Assembly: GCA_963795855.1 (NCBI GenBank)
Contig: CAWCIZ010000004.1
Coordinates: 250,864 to 314,863 of the forward strand
Reading direction: 5' to 3'
DNA: 64,000 nucleotides
Source of the DNA: Vulcanimicrobiota bacterium
Lineage (GTDB): Bacteria; Vulcanimicrobiota; Vulcanimicrobiia; Vulcanimicrobiales; Vulcanimicrobiaceae
This document shows positions 21,126 through 32,037 of the stretch, in pieces (the first letter of the stretch is position 1; the number at the start of each line of letters is the position of its first letter). Both the position numbers and the translations under genes were made by a program. The notes beneath the pieces are model-generated. The model had not been told where the DNA came from and did not search any database. It was given only the letters and a program-made list of their open reading frames with translations.

Positions 21126-21944
21126 TTAAAAAAATGGATTGTGCGCTTTCTCCCACCCGACTTTGCTGGGCGGTCCGTGCCCCGGCATGAGGCACGTGTC
21201 CTCCGGCAGCGTGAAGATCTTCGAACGCACGCTGTTCAAAATGTCTTCGTAGGTCGAGGCGTCGCCATATGCGCCGCCGACGCTTCCGGCAAAGAGCGTA
21301 TCGCCCGTGAAAAGCGTCGATTTGAACAGATAAGACGCTGACCCGTCGGTGTGTCCCGGGGTGTGGAGCAGGCGGATGCGCACGTCTCCGAAGGGCAATT
21401 CTTCCCCATCCTTCACCGGCAGCGCAGCGGTTCCAAGCGACCCGATCGCCGCGACGTCTGCCGCGTGCATCACGATCTTTGCACGCGGAAACTGTGCGGC
21501 TACGTCCGCCGTAGCATCGCAATGGTCGCGGTGTTTGTGTGTGATGAGAATGTATTCCAGGTGGTAGTGGCCGTCCCGGAGCACGCGCAGCAAATTCGCG
21601 GCGATCCCGGCCGGATCGACGAGCGCCGCGCGTTTGCCGCCATCGAGGAAAAAGACGTAGCCGTTGCTGGGATGCGGATCTTGCGGGTGATGACGCACGT
21701 CCGGCAATCGAATTTCATCCGGATGCCAGCGCTGCGCGGCGGCGTCGGCAAATTTCGCGGGATCGAGCCGCAATGCCGACGCGATTTCGCGGGCTTCGCG
21801 TTCGCCTGGCGCCGAACGGCCCGCGGCCCACGCGCCGATCGCTTCACCGGGGAGGCCGGTCGCGCGCGCGAGGGCTGCGACCCCCACGCCCGCACCGCGC
21901 ATGGCCTTGGTCAAAATGTCGGAAAACTCGTCCTCCAGCGCCAT
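21126..21944 (-). CDS. MBL-fold metallo-hydrolase with N-terminal HTH (XRE-like) domain
   Basis: HxHxDH 'THKHRDH', 'TPGHT', 'TGDTLF', 'PGHG'; N-terminal 'LARATGL...' helix-turn-helix. Confidence 0.87.
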   Translation of the reverse strand: MALEDEFSDILTKAMRGAGVGVAALARATGLPGEAIGAWAAGRSAPGEREAREIASALRLDPAKFADAAAQRWHPDEIRLPDVRHHPQDPHPSNGYVFFLDGGKRAALVDPAGIAANLLRVLRDGHYHLEYILITHKHRDHCDATADVAAQFPRAKIVMHAADVAAIGSLGTAALPVKDGEELPFGDVRIRLLHTPGHTDGSASYLFKSTLFTGDTLFAGSVGGAYGDASTYEDILNSVRSKIFTLPEDTCLMPGHGPPSKVGWEKAHNPFF

Positions 21945-21996
21945 GTTGCTCTCCCTCGAAACCGGAGGCCCCCGCCGCACGGTCGAAGGGTCCGGT

Positions 21997-22935
21997 ATGG
22001 AACGCCTCGTCATCATCGGATCCGGTCCGGCCGGGCTAACGGCGGCGATATACGCCGCTCGCGCGAATCTTCGACCCTTGATTTTGGCCGGCGGCATGTA
22101 CGGCGGTCAGTTGATGCTTACGACTGATGTAGAGAATTACCCCGGTTTTCCGGACGGCATCATGGGCCCCGATTTGATGATCAAATTCCGCGAGCAGGCG
22201 GAGCGTTTCGGCGCGCGCGTCGAAAACGTCGATGCGATCGGCGTGGACTTCACGAAACGGCCGCTCGTGGTGCGCACCGCCGACGCGGCGTATGAAGCCA
22301 GCAGCGTTATCGCGGCGACCGGTGCGAGCGCGCGCTGGCTCGGAATACCGGGCGAAGAGCGCCTGCGCGGACGTGGTGTTTCTACCTGCGCCACCTGCGA
22401 CGGTGCGTTCTTTCGCGACGGCCGTATCGTGGTGGTCGGAGGCGGCGATTCCGCAATGGAAGAGGCGCTGTTTCTCACCCGCTTCGGGCGCAAGGTGACG
22501 GTCATTCATCGTCGCGAGGGCTTGCGCGCAAGCAAGATCATGGCCGATCGCGCGCTTGCGAACCGCAAAATTGAATTCGTTTGGAACACCGTCGTGGAAG
22601 AGGCAATCGGCGATCACACGCTGCGCGCGCTCCGTCTGCATAATCTCGTCGACGGCAGCCGGTACGACTTTGAAGCCGATGCGCTCTTCATCGCGATCGG
22701 TCACGATCCCAATACCGCGATCTTCAAAGGCCACCTGGACCTGGATCGCGCCGGGTACATCGTGTCGCCCGATGGAACTTCTACGAACGTCGAAGGCGTT
22801 TTCGTCGCAGGCGATGTGTTCGACATCCGCTACAAACAAGCCATTACGGCGGCAGGTTCGGGGTGTAAAGCCGCAATGGACGCTGAGAAATTCCTGGAAG
22901 CGTTGGACTTTCCGATTGAAGAAGCCATAGCATAG
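21997..22935 (+). CDS. trxB: Thioredoxin-disulfide reductase
   Basis: 'IGSGPAG', 'GGQL..TTDVENYPGF', CATCDG, 'GGGDSAMEEA', 'YKQAITAAGSGC'. Confidence 0.96.
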   Translation: MERLVIIGSGPAGLTAAIYAARANLRPLILAGGMYGGQLMLTTDVENYPGFPDGIMGPDLMIKFREQAERFGARVENVDAIGVDFTKRPLVVRTADAAYEASSVIAATGASARWLGIPGEERLRGRGVSTCATCDGAFFRDGRIVVVGGGDSAMEEALFLTRFGRKVTVIHRREGLRASKIMADRALANRKIEFVWNTVVEEAIGDHTLRALRLHNLVDGSRYDFEADALFIAIGHDPNTAIFKGHLDLDRAGYIVSPDGTSTNVEGVFVAGDVFDIRYKQAITAAGSGCKAAMDAEKFLEALDFPIEEAIA

Positions 22936-22955
22936 GAGCGACACCGACAACTCGA

Positions 22956-23375
22956 ATGCGAGCCCTGCGCCTTGCCGTCATCTCCATCTTCGCGATCGCG
23001 CTCGCGTGCGGCAGCGCGCTTGCCGACGGCAATACGGGCATCGTGTACGTTCGCGTCATGGATGCAAAATCGGGAAAGCCCGCCGCCGGTTGGACCGTTC
23101 AAGTTACGGGGCGCGACGGTGATTCACAAGCACTGACCGGACCAAGCGGACAGGTGACTTTTTTCTCGGTCTTGCCGGGAATGGCGCGCGTCGACGTGCT
23201 GCGCCGGGGGGCGCTGGGCGCTTGTCCGGCAATCATCGTCATTTCGGCCAACGAAGAAACGATCGTCAACGTGCACGTGCGGCATGCCGCGCACCGTCAA
23301 GTTGCGTGTTCGCCGCAACGCGCGCAGACGCTGGTTCGCCCCGGCGTAACCTCCGACGTGTACGACATTTACTGA
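22956..23375 (+). CDS. Secreted carboxypeptidase-regulatory-like (Ig-like) domain protein
   Basis: Signal peptide; 'TG...V.V.D.KSGKP', 'T..SG...F..V.PG'. Confidence 0.6.
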   Translation: MRALRLAVISIFAIALACGSALADGNTGIVYVRVMDAKSGKPAAGWTVQVTGRDGDSQALTGPSGQVTFFSVLPGMARVDVLRRGALGACPAIIVISANEETIVNVHVRHAAHRQVACSPQRAQTLVRPGVTSDVYDIY

Positions 23376-23379
23376 AGCG

Positions 23380-23925
23380 TCAAAACCGGAGTTCGTACAA
23401 AAACTCGTCATCCCGGACGGCGTGTCCGCGTTCCGCGGGCCCGCGAGTCTCGACGCGAGTGAAGCCGAGCGATTCCGCTAGCCGGCACGAGGCCTCGTTC
23501 AAGGCGTCGACTTCGGCAAAGAATCGATCGATCGAAAAGACGCTGCGCACGCTCTCGATGACTGCAAGCGAGCCTTCACGCGCGTAGCCTTTTCGTTGAT
23601 ATGCGGGATAGATCGCGTACGCGAGGTAGGAAACTCGCTTCGCCGGAAATATCGTCGACTGCAAACTGCCCGCAAGCTCCCGGCTGTCGCGTTCGCGGCA
23701 GAGCCAGTTCCACCAAACTTGCTCCGGATTCGTCGAACCGCGCGACCATTTCGCATACAGCGCGCGAAGTTCGTTCAGACTTGCCGGGCGCAGTGCCGGA
23801 AAATACGTCCACATCCGATCGTCGTCCACCTTCGGCCACGCTTCGTCGGCCTGATCGGCGCGTACGGGCTCCAAATCCAAACGCGCTGTGCGCAACGCCG
23901 GCGCAGCGTTCGCGAAATCCGGCAT
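23380..23925 (-). CDS. RimJ/RimL-type GNAT acetyltransferase
   Basis: 'LRTARLDLEP', 'YQRKGYA', 'N.AS.RLAESLGF'. Confidence 0.88.
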   Translation of the reverse strand: MPDFANAAPALRTARLDLEPVRADQADEAWPKVDDDRMWTYFPALRPASLNELRALYAKWSRGSTNPEQVWWNWLCRERDSRELAGSLQSTIFPAKRVSYLAYAIYPAYQRKGYAREGSLAVIESVRSVFSIDRFFAEVDALNEASCRLAESLGFTRVETRGPAERGHAVRDDEFLYELRF

Positions 23926-23931
23926 GACTCG

Positions 23932-24948
23932 TCAGCGCTGATTGTACCGGCGTTCCGCTTTCTTGCCCAGGATGCTAAGCGGCGATTCGGTGATTTCGGA
24001 CGAACTTGCGGCGCCGCTTGCTTTTTCCGTTTCGATTCCACCAGGGCTCGGCAAAAGTTTTTCGGCGAGCTCCATGGCGCGCAGGGTCAGTTTCGGCGCC
24101 ACGCCTTCGAGCAAAACGAGCGCCTTTGCCTGAAGCGACAGCACCACTTCCGGGTCGCCGCGGAGCGAGGCGTCGACGATCGTCTGTGCCGCGCTGCGAG
24201 CGCTTATCGAAAACATCGGTAATGCGTCGGAAAGCGAAAACCACGCGTATTCCTTGCGGTGCTGGCCTTTGAACCATGCGTTTCGCGGACTTCCCGTCCG
24301 CATAAGGCCCGGCACCACCGTCGTAACCGTGATGTTTCTGCGCGACAGCGCGGCACGCAGTCCCTCGGAGTAACCGACGGCGGCGAATTTTCCGACGCAA
24401 TACGGCAGCAAATGGGGGACGCTCACTTTGCCGCCGATGGAGGTGATGTTCACGATGCGACCGGCGCCGCCTCGCTCGAACAGCGGCAGCGCGCCTTCAA
24501 CCGCGTCGTACATCGCCCAAAAGTGCGTGCGAAGCGAATCATCGTAATCTTCGCGCGTCATCGACTCGAGCGGGCCGACCGCAATCGTGCCCGCGTTGTT
24601 CACCAAGACGTCGATACGTCCGAAACGAGCGAACGCCGTTTCCAGCGCGTTGCGAATATCTTGGCCGTGCCGCACGTCGCAGACGATCGGAAATGCCTGC
24701 ACTCCGCGCTCGCGAATGCGGCCGGCGGCCAGTTCGAGCGCGCGCGCGTCGCGCGCACAGAACGCAACGTGCGCGCCCCGGCTTGCATACTCCAGCGCCA
24801 AAGCGAGTCCAAGACCGCGCGATCCGCCCGTGATAAAGACGACCTGGCCGTCGATTCTCCGGCGTGGAAGCAAACGGGAAGCTGCAAGTACGGCAGCAGA
24901 TCCGGCGAGCATGAGCGCAAGTGCGCGCGTCGTCTTCGTTATGCGCAT
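23932..24948 (-). CDS. SDR family oxidoreductase
   Basis: TGGSRGLG, NNAG, YxxxK 'YCVGK'. Confidence 0.92.
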   Translation of the reverse strand: MRITKTTRALALMLAGSAAVLAASRLLPRRRIDGQVVFITGGSRGLGLALALEYASRGAHVAFCARDARALELAAGRIRERGVQAFPIVCDVRHGQDIRNALETAFARFGRIDVLVNNAGTIAVGPLESMTREDYDDSLRTHFWAMYDAVEGALPLFERGGAGRIVNITSIGGKVSVPHLLPYCVGKFAAVGYSEGLRAALSRRNITVTTVVPGLMRTGSPRNAWFKGQHRKEYAWFSLSDALPMFSISARSAAQTIVDASLRGDPEVVLSLQAKALVLLEGVAPKLTLRAMELAEKLLPSPGGIETEKASGAASSSEITESPLSILGKKAERRYNQR

Positions 24949-24985
24949 GCGATTCGTCTACCCACCCGTAGGGAAAACATGGCGC

Positions 24986-25360
24986 ATGAGTCAGCGAAAT
25001 ACTGCATTGTCGCTGTTCGCCGCGGGAGCGGCAGCGGGGCTTGCGCTTACGTACACCGCGCGAAACCGGCGTGCGCGCTTGCGCGCCCCGATCCTGCAAG
25101 CGATGACGATAACGGTCCCTCGCGAGCGCGTCGAAGCGTTCATCGAATCGCGCGAGCGCATGCTCGCCGCCTTGGGATCGAAACGGCGTCTGGGCCTGAT
25201 CGAGCGTTTGGAGGTGCGCGATGCGCCCGCGGACCGCGGAACGGAAGTGCATCTATCGATGCGCGGCGTCGGCAAGTACGAAGTCAAAGAAGTGCTCCGC
25301 CGCGCGAAAGCGCTTTTGGAAGCAGGCGAAATTCCGACGGGACGGCGGTGCGCGGCATGA
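24986..25360 (+). CDS. Hypothetical protein (degenerate SRPBCC/cyclase-like)
   Basis: 'DAPADRGTEVH', 'LRRAKALLEAGEIPT' resemble cyclase-like proteins found beside zinc ADH genes. Confidence 0.6.
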   Translation: MSQRNTALSLFAAGAAAGLALTYTARNRRARLRAPILQAMTITVPRERVEAFIESRERMLAALGSKRRLGLIERLEVRDAPADRGTEVHLSMRGVGKYEVKEVLRRAKALLEAGEIPTGRRCAA

Positions 25361-26592
25361 AGGCAGTCATTTGGAACGGCACGCATGACGTGCGCGTGGA
25401 ACGCGTCCGCGATCCGGAAATCGTCAATCCGCACGACGCGATTGTGCGAGTAACGGCAACCGCCATCTGCGGTTCCGATTTGCACCTGTACAACGGCTTC
25501 ATGCCGACGATGAAAGCCGGCGACATCCTCGGTCACGAGTTCATGGGCATCGTGGAAGAAGTCGGCTCCGAAGTGCGCCGAGTGCGGCAGGGCGATCGCG
25601 TAGCGATTCCCTTCAACATCTCGTGCGGGTCCTGCGAACCGTGCATGCGCGAACAATGGTCGCTTTGCGACAACACCAACCCCAATGCGGGCTTGGCGGA
25701 GCGCCTGTACGGCTATTCGTGCGCGGCGCTTTTCGGTTACTCCCACTTGTTCGGCGGCTATGCGGGCGGTCAAGCGGAGTTCGTGCGCGTCCCGTTTGCG
25801 GACGTCGGGTGCTTGAACGTTCCGGACGAAGTGCCGGACGAACGCGCCCTTTTTTTGACCGACATTTTCCCGACCGGCTACATGGCGGCGGAAAATTGCG
25901 ACATCAAACGCGGTGACGTCATCGCCGTTTGGGGCTGCGGCCCGGTTGGACAGTTTGCGATCCGGAGCGCCTTTCTGCTAGGCGCGTCGGAGGTGTTGGC
26001 GATCGATCGCATCCCCGAGCGTTTGGACATGGCTCGCCGCGCGGGCGCGCAGTCGATTCATTTCGACGAAGTGAACGTGCTGGAGGCGCTGTTCGAAATG
26101 ACCGGCGGACGCGGCCCCGACGCGTGCATCGACTGCGTGGGCATGGAAGCGCACGGGCGGACTCCGGACGCCGTGATCGACAAAGCGAAACAAGCCATGC
26201 GGCTGGAGCTCGATCGGGCGCACGTTTTACGCTTGGCGATTCATGCGTGCGGCAAGGGTGGAACGCTGTCCGTTCCCGGCGTCTATGGCGGATTCGTGGA
26301 CAAAGTTCCGATGGGAACGATCTTCGAAAAGGGATTGCAATTGCGAACCGGGCAGACGCACACGCACCGCTACATGCGTCCGCTGCTCGAGCGCATTCGC
26401 CGCGGAGAGATCGATCCGTCGTTCATCATCACGCACACCGGCTCGCTCGACGACGCGCCGCAGTATTACAAACTCATGGCCAAGCACGAAGACAACTTCG
26501 TCAAGTCGTTTCTGCGGCCGGCGGACTTCACGCACGGCGAAGTCGCGCAAAGGAGCCGCCGCGGCCAGGAGTTGAGTCAAGCGCGCCGGTAA
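25357..26592 (+). CDS. Zinc-dependent alcohol/formaldehyde dehydrogenase family protein
   Basis: 'ICGSDLH', 'GHEFMG', CxxCxxCx7C, 'DIFPTG', 'GCGPVG'. Confidence 0.93.
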   Translation: MKAVIWNGTHDVRVERVRDPEIVNPHDAIVRVTATAICGSDLHLYNGFMPTMKAGDILGHEFMGIVEEVGSEVRRVRQGDRVAIPFNISCGSCEPCMREQWSLCDNTNPNAGLAERLYGYSCAALFGYSHLFGGYAGGQAEFVRVPFADVGCLNVPDEVPDERALFLTDIFPTGYMAAENCDIKRGDVIAVWGCGPVGQFAIRSAFLLGASEVLAIDRIPERLDMARRAGAQSIHFDEVNVLEALFEMTGGRGPDACIDCVGMEAHGRTPDAVIDKAKQAMRLELDRAHVLRLAIHACGKGGTLSVPGVYGGFVDKVPMGTIFEKGLQLRTGQTHTHRYMRPLLERIRRGEIDPSFIITHTGSLDDAPQYYKLMAKHEDNFVKSFLRPADFTHGEVAQRSRRGQELSQARR

Positions 26593-26601
26593 CACCGGCT
26601 C

Positions 26602-27807
26602 ATGCGTCCGGCCAAGCCGCACGTGCGCGGCCTGCTCGCGATGGGCTTCGCGCACGGCGCGAGCGACTTCTATTCCGGAATGGTGCCGCTGCTAATCTTT
26701 ACGATCGTCAGCGCGCACCGCCTATCGCCGCTCTACCAGGGCGCGATAGGTTTCCTCTGGTACCTGACGAGTTCGGTCGTTCAGCCGCTTTTCGGTGCGT
26801 ATTCAGATCGCGCGGGGCGGTGGTGGTTTCTTCCGCTATCCGTCGGCGTTACCGCAGTCGCCGTCGCACTCGTCGGGCTCTCTCCCGGCATTGCCGTTTT
26901 GGCGCTGCTCGTCATCGTGGGCGGCTTGGGTTCCGCGATCATGCATCCTGAAGCCGGCAAGTACGCAGCACTGCTCAGCGGCGCAAAAAAATCGGGCGGG
27001 ATCTCGATATTCCAAATCGGCGGCGCGGTCGGCTACGCGTTCGGCCCAGTCGTCATCGCGCGCTTGCTGCAAGCGCACGGGTCCGCGGGGTCGCTGTGGA
27101 TGATCGGTCCGGGACTGCTCGCGTCGGGCGCGTTGTTCGTGCTGATGCGCGGAATCGACGCTTTCGCTCAGCGCGCGCAGGCCGAGCACCACGCCGCGCT
27201 CGGACCGCACGACGCTCCGGTCGATCGAACCGGGGTCGGCTTGCTCGTCGTCGGAACCGCGCTCAAGTATTTGGTCGGGGCGTCGTTCATGACGTATCTG
27301 CCCAACCTCATCGTGGCGCGCGGCGGTTCTATCGCTCAAGCAGGCGTGCTTGTTACGGCGTTTCTCGCCGTCGGAGTCGTCGGGTTGTACCTGGGAGGAT
27401 GGTTGGGCGATCGGTATGGGGCATTGCCGATTGCGGTCGGCAGCTTTGTCATATGCGCACCCGTGCTCTACGGATTCTTCGCGTTCGGCGGCGCGCTCGG
27501 CATCGCATCGCTGCTCGCCGCCGGAGTCTTGCTCAACGTGCAAAGCGCGCCGAGCGTGGCGATCGTTCAGCGCATGCTGCCGCGAAATCTCGGAATGGCG
27601 CTCGGTTTGATGAACGGCGTGGCGTTCGGCGCCGGATCCGCGCTGGTTACCGCAGTTGGCTTCGGCGTGGCGCGCGTGGGCGCGGCGGGCGCGCTTTTCG
27701 ACGTAAGCGTGCTGCCGATCGCGTGTGCCGCAGGATTTTGGCTGGCCGGACGCAGGCTCGGCGATACACGCTATGCAAGCGCGTCGAGCAGCGCGGTCGC
27801 TTCGTGA
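26602..27807 (+). CDS. MFS transporter (Fsr-like)
   Basis: About 12 TM segments; 'QPLFGAYSDR', 'HPE', 'GGWLGDRYG'. Confidence 0.88.
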   Translation: MRPAKPHVRGLLAMGFAHGASDFYSGMVPLLIFTIVSAHRLSPLYQGAIGFLWYLTSSVVQPLFGAYSDRAGRWWFLPLSVGVTAVAVALVGLSPGIAVLALLVIVGGLGSAIMHPEAGKYAALLSGAKKSGGISIFQIGGAVGYAFGPVVIARLLQAHGSAGSLWMIGPGLLASGALFVLMRGIDAFAQRAQAEHHAALGPHDAPVDRTGVGLLVVGTALKYLVGASFMTYLPNLIVARGGSIAQAGVLVTAFLAVGVVGLYLGGWLGDRYGALPIAVGSFVICAPVLYGFFAFGGALGIASLLAAGVLLNVQSAPSVAIVQRMLPRNLGMALGLMNGVAFGAGSALVTAVGFGVARVGAAGALFDVSVLPIACAAGFWLAGRRLGDTRYASASSSAVAS

Positions 27808-28850
27808 ACCAAGCCCTGCTCGTAGACCTTCGGATGAGTCAAATAGAAGAGCGACATGATCCGCAGCGCAAACGTATGCGCGCGGGGCATCGGAAGCGCT
27901 GAAAAGCCTTTGCGGGCGCGCCTCGCCAATTCCGCGGCGCGCGCACGAAAAACTTCGAAGTTCGCATAACAGCGGATCCAGTTCAGTTCACCGTGCGCGC
28001 GGTCTTCTTCCTGATCGATGAACGAATCGAGCAACACGTGCAGCGCCGAAAAAGCCGGAAAGTACGCTTGGTACGTCGGTGCGATGCACTCGAAATTGCT
28101 GCAGAACGCTGCATACAGCGGACCATACACGTGAAATTGCGATCCCGCTGCGGCACCGAATTCCCACCACGAAAGGTCGCCGAATGGCCTCCCTTCACGC
28201 TCGTACCAAGCGATGCAGGCGTTTTCGCGCTCGTGCGGCGGCAGGTGCTTGAAGGTCTGCGTATCCGCATACAGCGCAGCCGCAGCTTTGAAGTGTGGAA
28301 CCAGGAGTTCGTGGCTGCCAAAACGTGACAGCGCTCGGCGAACGCGGCGGACGAGCGAAGGCAAGTAATCGCCGTCGTCGCCCGGTGGCCCGAATGCGTA
28401 GTACTCGTGCAGCGGGCTGCGACGGGTCGAGTCGAATCGGACAGCGCCAAATGAAGCTGCCGGTACGCTTCCGGCGGCGTAGTAAGCGGATGCCGGTCGC
28501 AAAGTCGAGTCGAGAAAATCGTAAATCGTTTCCAGCGGCGCGACGATCTCGACGTAATGTTCGCGCGCGCCGCTGGGCAGAAACGTCGCAAGGATACACG
28601 CCCCGGCGACGTGATACGCTTTCGAGCGCAGGCCGAACAGTCGCTTGCGCGCGCAACTCGCGGGTCCGGTATGCGATCCGCCAAGTGCTCCAGGCGCGCA
28701 GTGCGGCACGCGCGAGAGGAACGACGCTCACCAAAAAACGCCGCAGCTCGAGCGCATCGTCCAGACCGCCGCGCGCTAAGAACGCCAGCCGGTCCGGGCT
28801 CGAAAAGCACGCGGCGCACCGCCCAGCCGATCTCGCATTGCAAAGGGTTC
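27771..28850 (-). CDS. DUF2600 / tetraprenyl-beta-curcumene synthase (YtpB-like) family protein; frameshifted 5' end, start uncertain
   Basis: 'WWEFGAAAGS', 'YFP..SALHVLLDSFIDQEEDRAHGELN', 'TIYDFLDS'. Confidence 0.78.
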
Positions 28851-28857
28851 AAACGAA

Positions 28858-30067
28858 CTAAATTCCGCCGACGAAGCGGCCGCGGATTGAAGCGTGCCGT
28901 GCGGATCGAACTGCGCTTTGAGCGCGCGCATTTTGAGCGATAGCCGGCGGGTCCTCGCCCCAACCATTCAGCGATGCTGCGAATCGGTGCGTCACCCGCC
29001 GCGATGACGCTGCGCGGGCTGATGCGGCGCAGCTCCTCGTCGCACGCTTCGATTTTTTCAGCAAAAGCTCGGCTGTCGCGCTCGCTGACGCGCAACGAAC
29101 ACATCGCCGTTCATGACGTCGAGGAGCACGTCGGTGAACAGTTCGTGGCGGTTGGCGGCATCGCGCAGCGCCGCGGCGCGTTCCACCGCTTCACCCGGCA
29201 AGCCGAGCACGCGATAAGTGATGGAGCGTTCGCCGAGCGTTGCAATGCATGCGTCGAGCACGCGTTCGAACAGTTCCGGCGCGCCGCGTGTCGACGATGG
29301 TGGTTTCCGGCACGCCGGCGCGTCCGAGCGCGGAACGGAGGTCGCGCGTCGCGCGCTCGACGAGCGTCTGCGAACCCTCGAGTACGATGAGCATGCGTCC
29401 GTCGATGCCGTCTTCGCCATCGACGTTTTTGCGAAAGCCTTCCACGCAAAACGCCGCGGCGGGAGCCACCGACGACGCCGCGACCTGCGCGGCAGCGCGT
29501 GCGCGCGTGCCTTCCGGCAGTTTAGCGATCAGCGCGCGGCGCCGTTGCGGCAGGCGGCAGCGTTTTGAAATTCAGTCTGCGTGATGACGCCGAGCGTTCC
29601 GAACGAGCCGACGTAGAACTTGCTCATGTCGTACCCGCTGACGTTTTTCACGACCATGCCGCCCGCGTTTACAACGGTAGCCGTCGGCAAGCACGACTTG
29701 CGAACCGATCACGATGTCGCGCGCGCGGCCGTGAGCATGCCGCCGCGGGCCGAGCCATCCGGCAGCGAGCGCGCCGCCGACCGTGGCTTTGCGCCGAAGC
29801 GGAACGTCGATCGGGACGAATTGCCCGTGCTCGTGCGAGCAGATCCGCGAAGTCCGCGACGCGCATTCCGCTTTGCGTCGAGCAGGTGAGATCGTGATAT
29901 TCGTGCGTAAGCAACGCTTTCAATCCGTGTGGTCGAAAGCGTCACGTCCGCGGTTTGCGAGCGGCGATCCCATGCCACGCAGCGTATTGCCGCCTTGAAT
30001 TTCAGCGGTCGCGGCCGTCGCGATCGCACTGGCGCGACGGCCCGCCGCACGATTCGTCGACGGTCAT
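28858..30067 (-). CDS. glcE: FAD-binding oxidoreductase, glycolate oxidase GlcE-like; multiple indels
   Basis: Fragments 'GGMVVKNVSGYDMSKFYVGSFGTLGVIT', 'LKAQFDPHGTL...GRFVGGI*'; ATGA overlap with glcD. Confidence 0.75.
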
Positions 30068-31457
30068 CGAACCTCGCCGCAGCCGACTCCCGCCGGAAAA
30101 ATCTTCTCGGGATTGAGCATGCGTCTCGGATCGAATACCTCGCGCACGCGCGCCATCGCGGCGAGGTCGTCCGTCGAGAATATGCGCGTGAGCGTACCGC
30201 GCTTTCTCGTACCCGATGCCGTGTTCGCCGCTGATCGTGCCGCCCAGATCGACCGCAGCCTGCAGAATCTCGTTGCCGGCGTCGATGACGGCGCACCGAC
30301 TTGTGCGGCGTTGCTGCGATCGTACATGAGCAGCGGATGCAAATTTCCGTCGCCGGCATGAAACACGTTCGCGACCTTGATGTCCGCGCGAAGTGCATGC
30401 GTCGTTCGACCGACGCGAGCGCCTGCGGAAGTTTCGTTCGCGGAACGACGACGTCTTGAATGTAATAATTCGGCGCGATCCGGCCCGTCGCGCCGAGCGC
30501 GCCTTTGCGTCCGGCCCAAAGGGCGTCGCGCTCTGCTTGCGATCGCGCGGAGCGCCAGGACGTGCGCGCCCGCTCTCGCGGACGAGGCGTGCGATTTGCG
30601 CTTCGTACATTCGCAAGTCGTCTTCGAAGCCGGCGCTTTCGACCAGCAGCACCGCACCCGCATCGGTCGGGTATCCGCATGAAACGCCGCTTCGACCGCT
30701 TGAGTGCGAGGCGGTCCAGCATCTCCAGCGCGGTCGGCACGATGCCCGCGCCGATGATCGCCGACACCGCGGCGGACGCGCGATTCGACGTCGGGAAACG
30801 CGGCAAGCCAAACGCGTACGGCTTCGGGCGCGCGCATCAGACGCACCCACGCGGAGCAAGTGATGCCGAGCGTGCCTTCGCTGCCGACGAGCGCGCCGGT
30901 CGAGATCGTAGCCGCTCTCTTCGACCCACGTATCGCAACACTTCGCCGCGTTCGTCGACGATCTCCAGCGCAAGCACGTGGTTGACGGTCGTGCCGTACG
31001 AGAGACAATGCGGGCCGCCGGCGTTCGTGCCGATGTTTCCGCCGATCGTCGAGGCCCTTTGCGACGACGGATCCGGCGCGTAAAAGAGGCCGGTGCGCCG
31101 CGACTTGCTGCGAAAGTTCGCAGATTGATCAGGCCCGGCTGCACGCGCGCGCGCCGGTTGCGCACGTCGAGTTCCAAAATGCGGTTCATGCGCGCGAACG
31201 AAAAAACGACGCCGCCCTTGCGCCGGCACCGCGCCGCCGCACAAGTCCGGTGCCGGCACCGCGCGCGCACGATCGGCTCGCCGCAATCGCTCGCGATTTT
31301 CACCGCGGCCGCCACGTCGACGCGTGGAGGCAGGCAGCACGACGGCGTCGGGCAAGCGGCCTTGCGAATATGCGTCGAACGCGTAGACGGACAGATCTTC
31401 GGGCTGCGTTTTCACCGCGTCGGCGCCGAGCGCGTCGATTAAGCCGCTGACCAGCAC
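30064..31457 (-). CDS. glcD: FAD-linked oxidase, glycolate oxidase GlcD-like; multiple indels
   Basis: '[30 protein letters not shown]', 'GSEGTLG', '[10 protein letters not shown]', '[10 protein letters not shown]', 'LNPEKIFP'. Confidence 0.88.
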
Positions 31458-31510
31458 ACACAGTTCTTTAGAAGGAACTGCTACCGCGCGCCTTTAAGGG
31501 CGTATCGACC

Positions 31511-32037
31511 GTGTTTTTCTTTCAAAAAGAAAAAGAAACCGGAGCGGGCACGCGCCAACGCCCGGCGGTCCCGAACACGTCGCAGAAAGCGAACGGCATT
31601 TCGCATGCCGGTCGAGTTCGACATGCTCTACACGCTCGAAGGCCGCCGCGGACGGCGCCAGCGCGCAGGCGAACGATTTGAGCGCCGGCGGTTTGCGGCT
31701 CTCGTGCGACGAGGATTTTTTCAAAGGCTCCATACTCTGACGCTCGACTTCAGCCTGCCCGACGAATTTCTCGCGCACATGACGGTCGAAAAAGAAGTCT
31801 ACGAGCAGAGTCCGTTCGGATTGCGCCCGGAGACGATCAAAGTGCAGCCGCACGGCTTTGCGCCGATGACCGTGCAAGCCAAAGTGCTCGCAGCGTTCTT
31901 TGCCGTACGGAAGAAGCAAGTTCGCGCACGGCATGGCGTTCGTCGACATCGACACAAGACGCAAGAAGAGTTGCAGCGCTTCATCCACCTTTGGCAACTC
32001 AATTACATTCGCACGCGCCGCGGCGATCTGCGATTAG
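31511..32037 (+). CDS. PilZ domain protein; frameshifted, ends approximate
   Basis: RxxxR 'RTAFR' (31590-31604) and D/NxSxxG 'NDLSAGG' (from 31672, different frame); 'ELQRFI' C-terminal helix. Confidence 0.65.

Noticed and set aside
24259..25356. N-terminal extension of the zinc dehydrogenase (777-aa ORF)
   Set aside because: Antisense shadow of the SDR gene; the real start is ATG 25357.
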